A stretch of DNA of 59,542 nt from Actinomycetaceae bacterium (GTDB lineage Bacteria; Actinomycetota; Actinomycetes; Actinomycetales; Actinomycetaceae). The position numbers and the translations under genes are program-made. Below, piece after piece: positions 12,552-24,142 of this stretch (its first letter is position 1; each line of letters begins with the position of its first letter). The stretch is from assembly GCA_015062745.1 (NCBI GenBank), contig SUUB01000003.1, forward strand, positions 52,245 through 111,786. The letters run 5' to 3'. The notes below the pieces were generated by a model. It searched no databases. It was not told the DNA's origin and saw only the letters and a list, made by a program, of their open reading frames with translations.

Positions 12552-13136
12552 ATGGGTGCTTTAGATGGCGGCGCTTTGACCGCGGTGACTCCGTATGTGG
12601 TTGCAGGCCCTTCCGGGGTGGGCAAGGGCACGGTTATTCGTGATCTTCTCGCGCGGGCGCCGCAGTGCTGGCTCTCGGTGTCCGCGACAACGAGGCAGCC
12701 TCGGCCCGGAGAACGGGAAGGCATTGACTATCACTTCGTTTCCGACGCGGAGTTCGACCGCCTCATCGACTCCGGCGGGATGCTGGAATGGGCCATCGTC
12801 CACGGCCAGAATCGTTACGGCACGCCACGGCAGCCTGTGGTTGACATGCTCGCGCGGGGGCGGATCCCTATCCTGGAAGTCGACCTCGATGGAGCGCGGC
12901 AGATCCGCCATTCGTGGCCGGATGTCGAACAGATCTTTATCGACGCCCCGTCGTGGGAAGAACTGGTCCGCCGCCTCAAAGGTCGTGGTACCGAAGATGC
13001 GTCGGAGCAAGAGCGCCGCCTGGAGACCGCACGTGTTGAACGTGCGGCTCGCGACGAATTCGATCACATCGTCATCAACGATTCCGTGTCGGGTGCCACG
13101 GACCAGCTACTTCGCATCATGGGGCTGGGGCAGTAG
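12552..13136 (+). CDS. gmk: Guanylate kinase (start may be GTG 12585)
   Basis: [24 protein letters not shown]. Confidence 0.96.
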   Translation: MGALDGGALTAVTPYVVAGPSGVGKGTVIRDLLARAPQCWLSVSATTRQPRPGEREGIDYHFVSDAEFDRLIDSGGMLEWAIVHGQNRYGTPRQPVVDMLARGRIPILEVDLDGARQIRHSWPDVEQIFIDAPSWEELVRRLKGRGTEDASEQERRLETARVERAARDEFDHIVINDSVSGATDQLLRIMGLGQ

Positions 13137-13168
13137 AATCTATAGCTGCATACGAGGAGAGGAATAAC

Positions 13169-13438
13169 ATGTTCGGTACCGTTCCCGAGCCCGAGGGCAT
13201 CACGAACCCGCCCATTGACGAGTTGCTTGAAAAGGTCGACTCGAAGTATGCGCTGGCTGTGTATGCCGCGCAGCGGGCGCGTCAAATCAATTCCTACCGC
13301 CAGGAGATGACACGCGGGGATGGCAACATCAGTCATTTCGGACCACTCGTTGAAGCAGGCCCGGAGGATAAACCACTGTCGGTCGCTCTGCGAGAGATTG
13401 TCGCCGAGAAGATCGAGTGGGGAACTGAGTCCGAGTGA
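13169..13438 (+). CDS. rpoZ: RNA polymerase omega subunit
   Basis: [11 protein letters not shown]...[25 protein letters not shown]. Confidence 0.96.
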   Translation: MFGTVPEPEGITNPPIDELLEKVDSKYALAVYAAQRARQINSYRQEMTRGDGNISHFGPLVEAGPEDKPLSVALREIVAEKIEWGTESE

Positions 13439-14679
13439 GCGAATCTCGGGCCGCCCGGGGGGACGGCCCGCATCATGTGGTCGTCGGCGTTACGGCGGGT
13501 ATTGCTGCCTATAAGAGTTGTACGCTGGTCAGGCTGCTGAAGAAGGCGGGTCTCGACGTCACGGTAGTTCCGACCCCGGCCTCGCTCGATATGGTCGGTC
13601 GAACCACATGGGAGGCACTCAGCGGCAGGGACGTTCACACCTTGGTCACTGAGAACGCGGCGGGCGTCGAGCATGTCGCTCTCGCCCGGAGTGCAGATCT
13701 GGTGGTCGTGGCGCCCGCAACCGCGAATACAATCGCCAAGGTCCGCGCCGGAGTGGCGGATAACCTCTTAACGGCGACCTTACTGACGGCGACGTGCCCG
13801 ATTCTGCTCGTGCCAGCCATGCATAGCGAAATGTGGCTGAATCCCGCTACACAAGACAATGTGGCAACATTGCGCCACCGCGGTATTGAAGTCGTCGAGC
13901 CCGCCGTCGGACAGCTGACCGGTCCCGACTCCGGACCCGGGCGTATGCCGGAGCCGGAGGAGATCGCGCAGCTCGTCCAGGCACGACTCGCCGGTGCTCC
14001 ACGCGACCTGACTGGCCTGAAGATAGCAATTAGCGCCGGCGGAACGCATGAAGCCATTGATCCGGTTCGCTTCATCGGCAATCGGTCCACCGGTATCTTC
14101 GGCGCGGAGATAGCGGCTGCGGCGACCCAGCGAGGTGCCGATGTGACCCTGGTGGCCGCGAATGTCACCTCGGAGGTGCTGGCCCGTGTGCCCGGCGCCC
14201 GCATCGTTCCTGTTGTATCAGCGGCGCAGCTTGGAGAGTCGATGCATGCAGCCGCACGTGACGCCGACATCCTCATAATGGCTGCTGCCGTGGCCGATTA
14301 CAGGCCAGAGCATGCGGCGGAAGCAAAGATCAAGAAGACTGAAGCGGGGCTTACCCTCACTTTGGTCGAAAACTCCGATATCCTCGCCGAACTCGCCCAC
14401 CACCGGCATAGGGAACGGCAGACGATCGTCGGGTTCGCCGCCGAAACAGGGGATGGCGAACACGACGTGCTGCAATACGGACGTGACAAGGCGCGCCGCA
14501 AAGGCGCGGATCTCATGGTCATCAACGAGGTCGGTACTGATCGCGGCTTCGGTCCGGTTAATACCGCGGTGACGATTGTCGACCGGGACGGCAATATCCT
14601 CGGTACCGCTTCAGGAACCAAATCGGCGATGGCTCGCCACTTGCTCGATGCCATCGTCACCTGGCGCGAACGCCCCTAA
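13435..14679 (+). CDS. coaBC: Phosphopantothenoylcysteine decarboxylase/ligase
   Basis: [38 protein letters not shown]. Confidence 0.97.
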   Translation: MSESRAARGDGPHHVVVGVTAGIAAYKSCTLVRLLKKAGLDVTVVPTPASLDMVGRTTWEALSGRDVHTLVTENAAGVEHVALARSADLVVVAPATANTIAKVRAGVADNLLTATLLTATCPILLVPAMHSEMWLNPATQDNVATLRHRGIEVVEPAVGQLTGPDSGPGRMPEPEEIAQLVQARLAGAPRDLTGLKIAISAGGTHEAIDPVRFIGNRSTGIFGAEIAAAATQRGADVTLVAANVTSEVLARVPGARIVPVVSAAQLGESMHAAARDADILIMAAAVADYRPEHAAEAKIKKTEAGLTLTLVENSDILAELAHHRHRERQTIVGFAAETGDGEHDVLQYGRDKARRKGADLMVINEVGTDRGFGPVNTAVTIVDRDGNILGTASGTKSAMARHLLDAIVTWRERP

Positions 14680-14729
14680 GCGTCCACTTCACGGCGCACA
14701 CCCACGATCACCGCTACAAGGAGAATTAC

Positions 14730-15920
14730 ATGCCCATGCCTTTCACCTCGGAATCCGTTACCGAAGGACATCCGGACAAGGTGTGCGACAGAATTTCCGA
14801 CGCCATTCTTGATGCCATGCTGGCAGACGATGCACAGTCCCGTGTAGCTGTGGAAACGATGGCCACGACCGGACTAATTCACGTGGCAGGAGAAGTCACC
14901 ACAGAATCCTATGTGGAGATTCCTGCTCTGGTACGTGAAACCATCCGGAAGATTGGCTACACATCATCCGACGTGGGCTTTGATGGCAGCTCTTGCGGTG
15001 TCACTCTGTCAATCGGCCAGCAGTCACCAGATATTGCAGATGGCGTGGATACGTCGTTGGAGAAGCGTGAGAACGGTGTCGGACTGGATCGCTTTGACGG
15101 CCAGGGGGCCGGTGACCAGGGCCTTATGTTCGGCTACGCCTGCCGTGAAACACGCACCTTGATGCCAGCACCCATACAATTGGCGCATCGACTGGCCGAA
15201 CGCCTCACCCACGTCCGCAAGGATGGTGTCGTGCCAGGGTTGCGACCGGACGGCAAGACGCAGGTAACCGTCGAGTACGACGGCGACCAGCCTGTCGCGC
15301 TGACCACGGTAGTCATCTCCACTCAGCATGCTCCGGAGATCGAACACGGATGGCTCGAAGGCACACTGCGCACCCACGTGCTGGAGCCGGTACTGGAAGA
15401 CGAGAATCTTCACCTGGACACCTCGGGCCTACGCCTCCTGGTCAATCCATCGGGAAGGTTCGTGATCGGCGGGCCGATGGGCGACGCCGGGTTGACCGGT
15501 CGAAAGATCATCGTCGATACATACGGCGGTATGGCGCGGCACGGCGGCGGCGCCTTCTCCGGGAAAGACCCGTCGAAAGTGGATCGCTCGGCTGCCTATG
15601 CTGCTCGGTGGGTGGCGAAGAATGTGGTGGCGGCGGGGCTCGCTTCACGTTGTGAATTGCAGGTGGCTTACGCGATTGGACGCGCTCGGCCGGTTTCGGT
15701 ACGCGTCGAGACCTTCGGCACGGAAACGGAATCTGTGGATCGGATCGAAAACGCGATCCATAAGGTATTCGATCTGCGTCCGGCCGCCATTATCGAGCAA
15801 CTCGATCTGAAGCGGCCTATTTACCAAGAGACGGCAGCGTACGGTCATTTCGGCCGCGAGCTTCCGGATTTCACCTGGGAGAGGACGGATCGGATAGAGG
15901 ATCTGCTGCGCGCGTTGTAG
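14730..15920 (+). CDS. metK: S-adenosylmethionine synthase
   Basis: [28 protein letters not shown]. Confidence 0.99.
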   Translation: MPMPFTSESVTEGHPDKVCDRISDAILDAMLADDAQSRVAVETMATTGLIHVAGEVTTESYVEIPALVRETIRKIGYTSSDVGFDGSSCGVTLSIGQQSPDIADGVDTSLEKRENGVGLDRFDGQGAGDQGLMFGYACRETRTLMPAPIQLAHRLAERLTHVRKDGVVPGLRPDGKTQVTVEYDGDQPVALTTVVISTQHAPEIEHGWLEGTLRTHVLEPVLEDENLHLDTSGLRLLVNPSGRFVIGGPMGDAGLTGRKIIVDTYGGMARHGGGAFSGKDPSKVDRSAAYAARWVAKNVVAAGLASRCELQVAYAIGRARPVSVRVETFGTETESVDRIENAIHKVFDLRPAAIIEQLDLKRPIYQETAAYGHFGRELPDFTWERTDRIEDLLRAL

Positions 15921-16123
15921 GCGCACGCCAAAGCCGTCGTCGGATAGGCGCACGCCACCCGAACCAACAGGCGGCGTTGCGGCAAGGCACATGCCAGTTC
16001 TTCTTCGGAGCAGCAGAAGAAGAAGAACAATTCGCACCGGTCACACCAGCGCGCTCAAGGCAGTGCGCGAGTCGGCGCCGTGTAGACCTGAAACGTGACG
16101 GAGCCCCGTGGTGAAATAGCACT

Positions 16124-18430
16124 ATGGAAAGGAATCCACAGCACGGTTTGTCAGCCGAATCGGTCGGCGGCCAGGCGCGCCTTGATTCCTTGCAGGCCTT
16201 GCCGGGGCTGACCGAACTCCCCGGGCTCGGCACCGTGCCAGCGGCACAGGAACAGGGCGCGTTGCTGCCTATCCCCGTCACGCAACGCGAGATCGCCGGG
16301 CCGGTGCCCGATCCCGTCGCCCACGTCCACCTTGAGTTGCAACAACCCCATCTTGACCGTGTCTTCGACTACCTGATCCCGGAGCAGTTCGCCGATACGG
16401 CACGGGTAGGAGTCCGGGTCACCGTGGATATCGCCGGGCGGCAGGCCTCCGGTTTTATCGTTGCACGTGATTCAGTCACGACGACGGCGAGCCGGCTACG
16501 CCCGTTGCGGCGCGTGGTGTCAGCGGTGCCCGTATTATGCCCGGAAGTGTACGAGGTTGCCCAACAGGTTGCGATGTCGCACGCTGCACCAACCGCGGAC
16601 GTCCTTCGTCTGGCCGTGCCACAGCGTCATGCGCGGTCCGAACGCGCTTACCTCCAGGAGCACGGGCCGATAATGCGGGATGCGCTGCAGGTGATGCACG
16701 CTCGGCAATCAGAAGAGCAGGCTCCGAGCGGCGAGGCATCCGAGGAGGATGCTCTTCATGCACATGATGCGGAACGGGTCGCTCGCGGCGCACCTACAAA
16801 CTCCGCGTGGAGTTCCTATCGCGGTGGTAATGCGTTTCTCAGCCATCTGCGGCACGGTGCACCACACGCGGTGTGCTGCGCGCTTCCCGGGCGAGCAGGG
16901 GGAACGGAAGCACTGGCCACCGCAATTGGTGAAGTTCGACGCGGGGGCCGCGGGGTCCTGCTCATCGCACCAACTACGCGGCATGCCGAGCGCCTGGCCG
17001 TTACCTTGCGGCACCTTTTACAAGAAGACGTAGCTCTTGTGTCGGGGGAGGACGCCTCGCAGCAGCGCTATGGCACCTTCCTGCGGATTCTTGGTGGACA
17101 GGCCCGCATTGTTATCGGCACACGCGCGGCCGTGTGGGCACCGGTCCTTAATCTCGGTATGTGCGTCGTCGTTGACGACGCGGCAGAGCCTCTGCGCGAG
17201 ATCAGATCGCCGTACTACCACGTCCGGAGTGTGCTCACCGCCCGCGCGCAGGCCGCACAGGCAGCATTGCTTGTGTTCTCACCCTACGTCAGTGAGGAAT
17301 CGGCCGCTCTGGTCGACTCCGGGCAGGCGGTGGCCCTGGAAGGAACCCCACAAACCATTCGCTCCTGTCTGCCGCGTGTCAGCGCTGCGGAGCAGTGGGA
17401 ACGGGAGCGAACACCATGGTCGCGCATCCCGGACGCTGTCTTCAGCCTAGTTCGAGAAGCCTTGACACGGGGCCCCGTACTCATGGTGGTCCCGCGTGCG
17501 GGCTACGTGCCCATCGTTGCGTGCGCCCTCTGCCATGCGCATGCGGATTGCCCGCAGTGTTCGGGCCCCTTGTCCATCGCACAGGCACAGGAGGCGCCAC
17601 GCTGCTCCCGATGCGGCTGGAAGGCGCAAGCATGGCGTTGTCCCCGCTGCGGCAGCGCCCAGCTGCGTGCGGTACGCATTGGCTCCCATCGCACCGCGGA
17701 AGAGATCGGACGGGCATTTCCAGGCACCGGAATTGTGCTTTCTGGCGCTCATGCACCAGACGGAATCATCGCTTCGGTGAATGAACGCCCACGTCTCGTT
17801 GTTGCCACGCCGGGTGCGGAGCCAGAGGCACCGGGAGGATTTGCTGCCGCCGTCGTGCTTGATTCCCGTTTCCTCCAAGGCCGGGGGCTCGACGCGCAGA
17901 CGCAATTTCTACGTCATATGGCGCGTGTCATCATCCGTGTGCGGTCGGCTCGCCAAGGAGGGCATGTGATTCTGGCCGGAGGTGCAGACCCGGCGATCAC
18001 TCGCGTACTCGCCGAATGGCAACACCGGCTGCGCGCTGGCGATGCCTTACGAGAACGCGAGACGTTGCGGCTACCCCCTGCCAGCCGCTGGTTCGGGATT
18101 TCCGGAGCGCCACGGGATGTACGGAAGTTCCTCGCCTCAGCACAGGTAACGCTTTGGCGGGAGGAAGGCAACGCACCAGCCACGGCTGCGGTATCGGGCG
18201 AGGAGATTCCGGTTGACGCGTTGCTTGTCGGCGGCGTGCACCGCCTCGCCGGGGGCGTTGAACTGCTGGGACCGGTCCCGGCACGCCGGATGGGAGAAGT
18301 GACGGTCTACTTGCGTCAGTCCCGTACCCGCGCCGATCTACTTGCAGCCAACGTGCGACGCAGCTATCGCGAATACACGGCGTCCTCCCAGGGATCCCCA
18401 CTGCGCATTGAGGCCGATCCTCCTTTGTAG
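16124..18430 (+). CDS. priA: Primosomal protein N' (actinobacterial type, helicase motifs degenerate); start uncertain
   Basis: HLDRVFDY, IGTRAAVWAP, four CxxC pairs, G..RTAEEIGRAFP; follows metK. Confidence 0.9.
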   Translation: MERNPQHGLSAESVGGQARLDSLQALPGLTELPGLGTVPAAQEQGALLPIPVTQREIAGPVPDPVAHVHLELQQPHLDRVFDYLIPEQFADTARVGVRVTVDIAGRQASGFIVARDSVTTTASRLRPLRRVVSAVPVLCPEVYEVAQQVAMSHAAPTADVLRLAVPQRHARSERAYLQEHGPIMRDALQVMHARQSEEQAPSGEASEEDALHAHDAERVARGAPTNSAWSSYRGGNAFLSHLRHGAPHAVCCALPGRAGGTEALATAIGEVRRGGRGVLLIAPTTRHAERLAVTLRHLLQEDVALVSGEDASQQRYGTFLRILGGQARIVIGTRAAVWAPVLNLGMCVVVDDAAEPLREIRSPYYHVRSVLTARAQAAQAALLVFSPYVSEESAALVDSGQAVALEGTPQTIRSCLPRVSAAEQWERERTPWSRIPDAVFSLVREALTRGPVLMVVPRAGYVPIVACALCHAHADCPQCSGPLSIAQAQEAPRCSRCGWKAQAWRCPRCGSAQLRAVRIGSHRTAEEIGRAFPGTGIVLSGAHAPDGIIASVNERPRLVVATPGAEPEAPGGFAAAVVLDSRFLQGRGLDAQTQFLRHMARVIIRVRSARQGGHVILAGGADPAITRVLAEWQHRLRAGDALRERETLRLPPASRWFGISGAPRDVRKFLASAQVTLWREEGNAPATAAVSGEEIPVDALLVGGVHRLAGGVELLGPVPARRMGEVTVYLRQSRTRADLLAANVRRSYREYTASSQGSPLRIEADPPL

Positions 18431-18570
18431 CCTGCGCTGCGCACGAGCCGTATAGCCGGTACTTCACGCGCCCCGTCACATCCATGCCCGGCGCGATCGA
18501 TGGCCGGGCGGCACCGATGGCCCAGCACCGCGCTGAAACCCTCGCCGCGCTTAGACGGTACAATCGGCGC

Positions 18571-19491
18571 GTGCGCATTATCTTTGCCGGGACCCCCGAG
18601 ACCGCCGTTCCTTCGCTTAGTCGCCTCATAGCGGCCGAGCACGACGTGGTGGCGGTACTCACGCGTGCTCCTGCCCCCGTGGGGCGGAAGAGAACACTGC
18701 GCCCATCCGCCGTGCACGAGGCAGCGACCGCGCTCGGCATTCCCGTGCTCACGCCGCGCAGCCTGCGCGATGCGGATATCGGCAGCACGATTCGCCAGTT
18801 GGCACCCGAGGCCGTCGCCGTCGTCGCCTATGGCCTACTGGTACCTGCGGATTTGCTATCGGTTCCGCGTAAGGGCTGGATTAACCTTCACTTCTCTCTA
18901 CTTCCGGAATGGCGTGGTGCCGCTCCGGTTCAGTACGCCGTCGCCGCCGGGCAGGAGACGACCGGCGCCTCCACCTTTCTTCTCGAGGAAGGGCTCGACA
19001 CCGGACCGGTATTCAAGACTCTTACTGAGACCATCCGGCCCGACGACACATCTGGAACGCTACTGGACCGACTCGCCGAAAGCGGCGCCAATCTGTTGGT
19101 CGAAACATTCGCAGCGCTAGAGGATGGTTCCGCCATAGCGACACCACAGCACGGCGAGCCATCCTATGCCCCCACACTCGGCTCCGCGGATGCTCGAGTT
19201 GATTGGAAGCAGAGCGCGCAACAGGTCGAAAATATGATCCGCGGATACACGCCCGCACCGGGACCCTGGACCATGCTCGGGGACCTGCGGATTAAACTCG
19301 GACCGGTTATTCCAGTACCGGGGACGACGGATCTCGGCCCCGGACAGTTGCGGGACGACCTGGTGGGTACCGGCAGCCACGCCGTGCGCTTGGGAACGGT
19401 CGCCCCCGCAGGTAAACGTGCGATGGCGGCAACTGACTGGCTACGCGGCGCGCATTTGTCTCCTTCCGCAGGATTTGAGGTAATAGCATGA
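18571..19491 (+). CDS. fmt: Methionyl-tRNA formyltransferase (probably leaderless)
   Basis: RIIFAGTPE, INLHFSLLPEWRGAAP; TACAAT at 18559-18564 lies 6 nt before the GTG. Confidence 0.96.
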   Translation: MRIIFAGTPETAVPSLSRLIAAEHDVVAVLTRAPAPVGRKRTLRPSAVHEAATALGIPVLTPRSLRDADIGSTIRQLAPEAVAVVAYGLLVPADLLSVPRKGWINLHFSLLPEWRGAAPVQYAVAAGQETTGASTFLLEEGLDTGPVFKTLTETIRPDDTSGTLLDRLAESGANLLVETFAALEDGSAIATPQHGEPSYAPTLGSADARVDWKQSAQQVENMIRGYTPAPGPWTMLGDLRIKLGPVIPVPGTTDLGPGQLRDDLVGTGSHAVRLGTVAPAGKRAMAATDWLRGAHLSPSAGFEVIA

Positions 19492-20894
19492 CGGAACGCC
19501 CTAGTGGATGGCATCCGGGACGGAAAAGGACAGACCCGGCCCGTCAGGTAGCTTATGACGTGTTACGCGCAGTGGATGAGGACGGAGCCTATGCGAACCT
19601 CGCCCTGCCGCAGGCGTTGCGCCGCGCACGGCTGGGGCGCCTTGACGCGGCATTCGCCACGAATCTGTGCTACGGCACACTGCGCATGCGCGGACGTTGG
19701 GATGCGATTATCGGCCGTTGTTCGCAAGGGCGTCGTATTTACGACATTGATCCCGAACTGTTTGATGTGCTTCGGCTCGGATGCCAGCAGCTGCTCGGGC
19801 TGGGCACGCCGCCACACGCCGCCATCCACGAGACCGTCACTCTTGCGCGCAATGAATTCGGGCAGGGCGCGGCAGGCTTCGTAAACGCCGTGCTACGCCG
19901 AATCAGCGAACGGGCGGATCGGTGGGAGGAGGTCCTGCGCTCCAGCACTGCATCCGAAGAAGAGTTCCTCGCCGTGTGGCATTCACATCCCCGCTGGATT
20001 GTGGAGGAGCTTGCGCAGGCATTGCCTGCTCATGGACGCGATACGGGCGATTTGCCGCAAGTTCTGGAAGCAGACAACGAGCCGGCAAAGGTGGCTCTGG
20101 TGGCGCGTGAGATCACCGCCGAACAGCTTGCGGAGAAGATTTCCCGGGCGAAAATGGACAGCGACCCCGGCGTATTGATGCCCACCGCGCGGCTGCTGAC
20201 AGCGGGTGATCCGCATCGGCTATGGGCGGTGCAGGATGGGCAGGCCGGGGTGCAAGACGAGGGAAGCCAGCTCATTGCGGCGCTACTGGCGCACGCACCA
20301 TTGGATGGCCCAGACGAGTTGTGGCTTGATATGTGTGCCGGACCCGGTGGGAAGACGGCGACTCTTGCCTCTTATGCCGCGCAGCGGGGAGTTCGTATCC
20401 ACGCCAATGAGATTCAGGAACACCGGCTCGACTTGGTCATGAATGCCGTCGACCCCTGGTCAGATCTGGTCGATTTGCGGCTCGGCGACGGACGCGACTT
20501 GGGAGCGCAAGAGCCAGGCGTTTATGACCGCATCCTGGTGGACGCCCCCTGCACCGGTGTCGGCGCGTTGCGACGTCGGCCCGAGTCTCGCTGGCGGGAG
20601 CGCAGCCTTGACGAGCTCACCTCGTTGCAGGGTGAATTACTTGCCGCGGCCTTTGCGGCCCTGCGGCCCGGTGGATCGCTCGTCTACTCCACCTGCTCCC
20701 CGCTGCGTGCCGAAACACGCGATATCGTGGCGGCGCTCCTTCACCAACACGCGGATGCCGAACTTATCGATGCGGCTCCCATCGCCTCGCGTTGCGCAAT
20801 ACGAGAAGTGGAGAGTTACGACAAGATGATCCAGCTGTGGCCGGATAGGGATCAGACCGACGCGATGTTCATGGCTCTGATCACCAAGAAGTAG
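19488..20894 (+). CDS. rsmB: 16S rRNA m5C methyltransferase RsmB/Sun
   Basis: NusB-like N-terminal domain, VQDEGSQL, DMCAGPGGK, DAPCTG, YSTCS. Confidence 0.93.
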   Translation: MTERPSGWHPGRKRTDPARQVAYDVLRAVDEDGAYANLALPQALRRARLGRLDAAFATNLCYGTLRMRGRWDAIIGRCSQGRRIYDIDPELFDVLRLGCQQLLGLGTPPHAAIHETVTLARNEFGQGAAGFVNAVLRRISERADRWEEVLRSSTASEEEFLAVWHSHPRWIVEELAQALPAHGRDTGDLPQVLEADNEPAKVALVAREITAEQLAEKISRAKMDSDPGVLMPTARLLTAGDPHRLWAVQDGQAGVQDEGSQLIAALLAHAPLDGPDELWLDMCAGPGGKTATLASYAAQRGVRIHANEIQEHRLDLVMNAVDPWSDLVDLRLGDGRDLGAQEPGVYDRILVDAPCTGVGALRRRPESRWRERSLDELTSLQGELLAAAFAALRPGGSLVYSTCSPLRAETRDIVAALLHQHADAELIDAAPIASRCAIREVESYDKMIQLWPDRDQTDAMFMALITKK

Positions 20895-20950
20895 AAGGCG
20901 GCACGGCATTTACACCCTGCCAGGCCACCGTGCCCGTGTAGGCTTGGCGC

Positions 20951-21619
20951 ATGAGCGTTGTTATTTCCCCGTCCATTCTCAACTGCGACTTTGCCCATCT
21001 CGGCGATGAACTTGCGAAGATAGCCAATGCCGACTACGCACATGTAGATGTGATGGACAACCACTTCGTGCCGAACTTGGCTCTCGGTCTGCCCGTGGCC
21101 GAGGCCGCCGTCGCCGCCAGTCCAATACCGGTGGATGCGCACCTGATGATCGAAGACCCGGACCGTTGGGCACCTGCCTACGCCGAGATCGGTTGTGCCT
21201 CGGTGACGTTCCACGCTGAAGCGGCCGCCGCACCAATTCGGCTCGCCCGCGAGCTCCACGCCCAGGGAACTCGGGTGGGTCTGGCACTGCGCCCGGCCTC
21301 CGCAATCGAGCCATATATCGATATACTCCCCGAGTTCGACATGATTCTCATCATGACCGTCGAACCCGGTTTTGGTGGACAGTCATTCCTCGAGTCGATG
21401 ATGCCCAAGGTTGCCCGCACCCGCGCCGCCATCGAGAACGCAGGCCTGGAAACCTGGGTGCAGGTCGACGGCGGAATCTCCCGTGCAACTATCACTCAGG
21501 CGGCCGAAGCCGGAGCAAATAACTTCGTGGCGGGGTCCGCCGTGTACCGAGCGGACGATGCCTACACCGAAGTGGAGGAATTACGACGCCTGGCGCGCGA
21601 AGCCTCGCACTCGCACTAA
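20951..21619 (+). CDS. rpe: Ribulose-phosphate 3-epimerase
   Basis: [27 protein letters not shown]. Confidence 0.98.
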   Translation: MSVVISPSILNCDFAHLGDELAKIANADYAHVDVMDNHFVPNLALGLPVAEAAVAASPIPVDAHLMIEDPDRWAPAYAEIGCASVTFHAEAAAAPIRLARELHAQGTRVGLALRPASAIEPYIDILPEFDMILIMTVEPGFGGQSFLESMMPKVARTRAAIENAGLETWVQVDGGISRATITQAAEAGANNFVAGSAVYRADDAYTEVEELRRLAREASHSH

Positions 21620-21725
21620 TCGCCGGATACCCGGCTTTGCGTGTGGCGGCGCTCCTACCAGCAACGAGACTGCATTTTGAATTGGTCTGTGTACCATACT
21701 GTGCAATAATCGCCCTGAACACAAA

Positions 21726-21840
21726 CGTGCTCCGGGGTCAGTGAAAATCTGAACCGGCGGTGATAGTCCGCGACCCGCGCAAGCGGCTGACAGGGTGGAA
21801 TCCCCTGACCGACGGTTAAAGTCCGGATGGGAGGCGCACG
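21726..21840 (+). ncRNA. FMN riboswitch (RFN element)
   Basis: CGGGGTCAGTGAAAATCTGAACCGGCGGT..AGTCCGCGA...CCGACGGTTAAAGTCCGGATGGGAG with closing stem CGTGC/GCACG. Confidence 0.96.
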
Positions 21841-21912
21841 AATCGCGGCCACGCGCCAGCGCGGCCTTCGTCCGTCCTCTCTGCCCTGCTGCAGGATGGG
21901 AAGGTACACCGG

Positions 21913-22665
21913 ATGGGTTTCAGGCGAGGGTGGCTCCCGCCGCTGGAATTCGGGTTAGCGCTGCTCGCATTGTGGTGGGCGTCGTCCACTTTCGCGCTTG
22001 TCGATCAGCATTTTCTTCCCACCCCGCAGTCCGCCGTTTCTCGTCTGCTCTCCGGCCTGCAATCGGGATACCTGTGGCGGGCACTGTTGGTAACCCTCAA
22101 GGAGGCCGTTGCCGGTTGTGTGATCGCCGCTGCTATCGGTATTCCACTGGGATATGCCATCGCCAAGTCGCGCGTTTTCTCGCGCATATCACAGCCCTAT
22201 CTGGCCGCTTCACAGGCGATTCCCGCAGTGGCCATCGCTCCGCTGTTGACCATCTGGATCGGACACGGCCTTGCTTCCGTGGTCGTTCTGTGCACGATTA
22301 TGGTCATCTTCCCAATTGCGGTGTCTACATCGGTTGGCGTGCGGCAGATCGACCCGGAGATTATCGGGGCGGCCCGACTCGACGGTGCCGCCGGCCTGAC
22401 ACTCATTCGACGTATCGAGGTACCGCTGGCCGCACCGACAATTCTCTCCGGAATCAGAACCGGCTTTACACTCTCAATCACCGGTGCGATTGTCGGAGAA
22501 ATGGTGATGGGAGGTGAGGGACTCGGCCTCCTGCTCGGAACGGCACAACAATCATCGGATGTAAAGGGACTCTTTGCCATCATTATCCTGTTGGCGATCA
22601 GCGCGGTATCGATCTATGGCATGTTGCTGCTGGTCGAGCGTCGGGCAAATTACCTCATCAGTTAG
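21913..22665 (+). CDS. ribX: ABC transporter permease (SsuC/TauC type), RibX-like riboflavin uptake
   Basis: Hydrophobic, QAIPAVAIAPL, EAA-like loop, AIVGEM; directly downstream of the FMN riboswitch. Confidence 0.75.
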   Translation: MGFRRGWLPPLEFGLALLALWWASSTFALVDQHFLPTPQSAVSRLLSGLQSGYLWRALLVTLKEAVAGCVIAAAIGIPLGYAIAKSRVFSRISQPYLAASQAIPAVAIAPLLTIWIGHGLASVVVLCTIMVIFPIAVSTSVGVRQIDPEIIGAARLDGAAGLTLIRRIEVPLAAPTILSGIRTGFTLSITGAIVGEMVMGGEGLGLLLGTAQQSSDVKGLFAIIILLAISAVSIYGMLLLVERRANYLIS

Positions 22666-22831
22666 GCGCGGCATCCTGGATGACTCCCGCACGGGTCCTC
22701 CACTGCGCGGTACCGCCCGGAAACCCGCCACCCCGAGACCTGCCGATCGGAATCGATTCGGCCCCTTCCAGCGAGGCCGCCGATCAACGTCACACAATCA
22801 CATCTTCCCCCGCACTAGAAACGAGTCAGCA

Positions 22832-23824
22832 GTGAAGAAACAGATCCTCGCCCTTATGGCAGCCTGCCTCTTGGTACTCAGCGCCTGCTCTGGCAGCAGC
22901 GATGCAGCGTCCACCGGCCAAACACAGGCCTCGTACACCATTGGCCTGACGTATGTGCCGGACGTTCAATTCGCTCCCTTCTACGTCGCCGCCGAGCAGG
23001 GATATTTCGACGACGCCGGTGTGGACGTCACCGTGCGCAATCACGGCGCACAGGAATCGCTCCTCGGCGCACTGCAGTCGGGCGACGAGGATATAGTCTT
23101 CGCCGGAGGAGACGAGGTGATGCAGGGACGTTCCACCGGAATCGACGTCGTCAACTGGGCGACCATGTACCAACAGTATCCGGTGACGCTTATCGTGCCC
23201 GAAGACTCCGCGATTCAATCGGTGGCGGACCTTCCCGGCCACAGCGTCGGCCTACCGGGCCAGTACGGTGAGAACTATTACGCACTTCTCGCCATGATGA
23301 ACGCTGCGAATCTCAGCGACGACGACGTCGACGTGCAGTACATCGGCTACACGCAAGCAGCGGCGTTGAAGTCGGGGGAGGTTGATGCGGTTATAGGCTT
23401 CATTAACTCGGACGTAGTCGCCATCGAGAACTCGGGAGTGAAGGTACGCACAATCGACATGGTCGACGGCGGCCTTCCGTTGGTCGGGGTTGGACTCGCC
23501 TCGCTTTCCGATACCTTGTCCGGCAGCGAGGCCGATTTCTTGAAAATCCTCTCCGCGCTGGAGCGGGCCGTTGATTTCTGTGAAGAACATCCCGAGGAGG
23601 CACTGAACGTCACCGAAAAGTACGTTCCGGCTCTGGCGGAAGAAGACGTTCGTGCCACGGCTGCCATCACGCTTGACGAAACCCTGCAGCTCTACACGGG
23701 CGCAGACGTGTTTGGATCACAGAATGATGCACAGTGGACTGCGATGGCCGACTTCATGCAGGACAATGGGCTACTCGAAGAAGCCGTGCCCGCCAACGAG
23801 GCCTATGTGGCGCTGCGAGATTAG
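22832..23824 (+). CDS. ribY: ABC substrate-binding lipoprotein (NMT1/THI5 type), RibY-like
   Basis: GTG 22832, lipobox LSAC, LTYVPDVQFAPFYVA..GYF. Confidence 0.75.
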   Translation: MKKQILALMAACLLVLSACSGSSDAASTGQTQASYTIGLTYVPDVQFAPFYVAAEQGYFDDAGVDVTVRNHGAQESLLGALQSGDEDIVFAGGDEVMQGRSTGIDVVNWATMYQQYPVTLIVPEDSAIQSVADLPGHSVGLPGQYGENYYALLAMMNAANLSDDDVDVQYIGYTQAAALKSGEVDAVIGFINSDVVAIENSGVKVRTIDMVDGGLPLVGVGLASLSDTLSGSEADFLKILSALERAVDFCEEHPEEALNVTEKYVPALAEEDVRATAAITLDETLQLYTGADVFGSQNDAQWTAMADFMQDNGLLEEAVPANEAYVALRD

Positions 23825-23870
23825 CTGGACCGCTCCGAGGACGCGAGCCGCACAGCGGTAGGCTATACCC

Positions 23871-24134
23871 GTGAAGACTTTTGATGAGCTGTTTGCCGAA
23901 CTCAGTAGAAAGGCTACTGAGCGCCCCGCAGGATCGGGCACCGTGGCGGAATTAGACGCGGGTGTGCATGCCATTGGGAAGAAGATCGTTGAGGAAGCCG
24001 GTGAGGTGTGGCTGGCGGCCGAGTACCAGAGCGATGAGGAACTCGCCGAGGAGGCCTCACAGCTCATGTACCATTTGCAGGTCATGCTGATTGCACGCGG
24101 CCTGACTCTCGATGACATTTACCGCTATCTTTAG
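23871..24134 (+). CDS. hisE: Phosphoribosyl-ATP pyrophosphatase
   Basis: [27 protein letters not shown]. Confidence 0.96.
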   Translation: MKTFDELFAELSRKATERPAGSGTVAELDAGVHAIGKKIVEEAGEVWLAAEYQSDEELAEEASQLMYHLQVMLIARGLTLDDIYRYL

Positions 24135-24142
24135 GATTCTTC

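Noticed and set aside
15918-16032. 13-bp direct repeat TAGGCGCACGCCA x2 and a TTCTTCTTC/GAAGAAGAA dyad after metK
   Set aside because: Only two short copies; not CRISPR-like; probably local duplication or terminator structure.
16124-18430. PriA lacking Walker A/DExH motifs as a novelty
   Set aside because: Helicase-degenerate PriA is already known in Actinobacteria.
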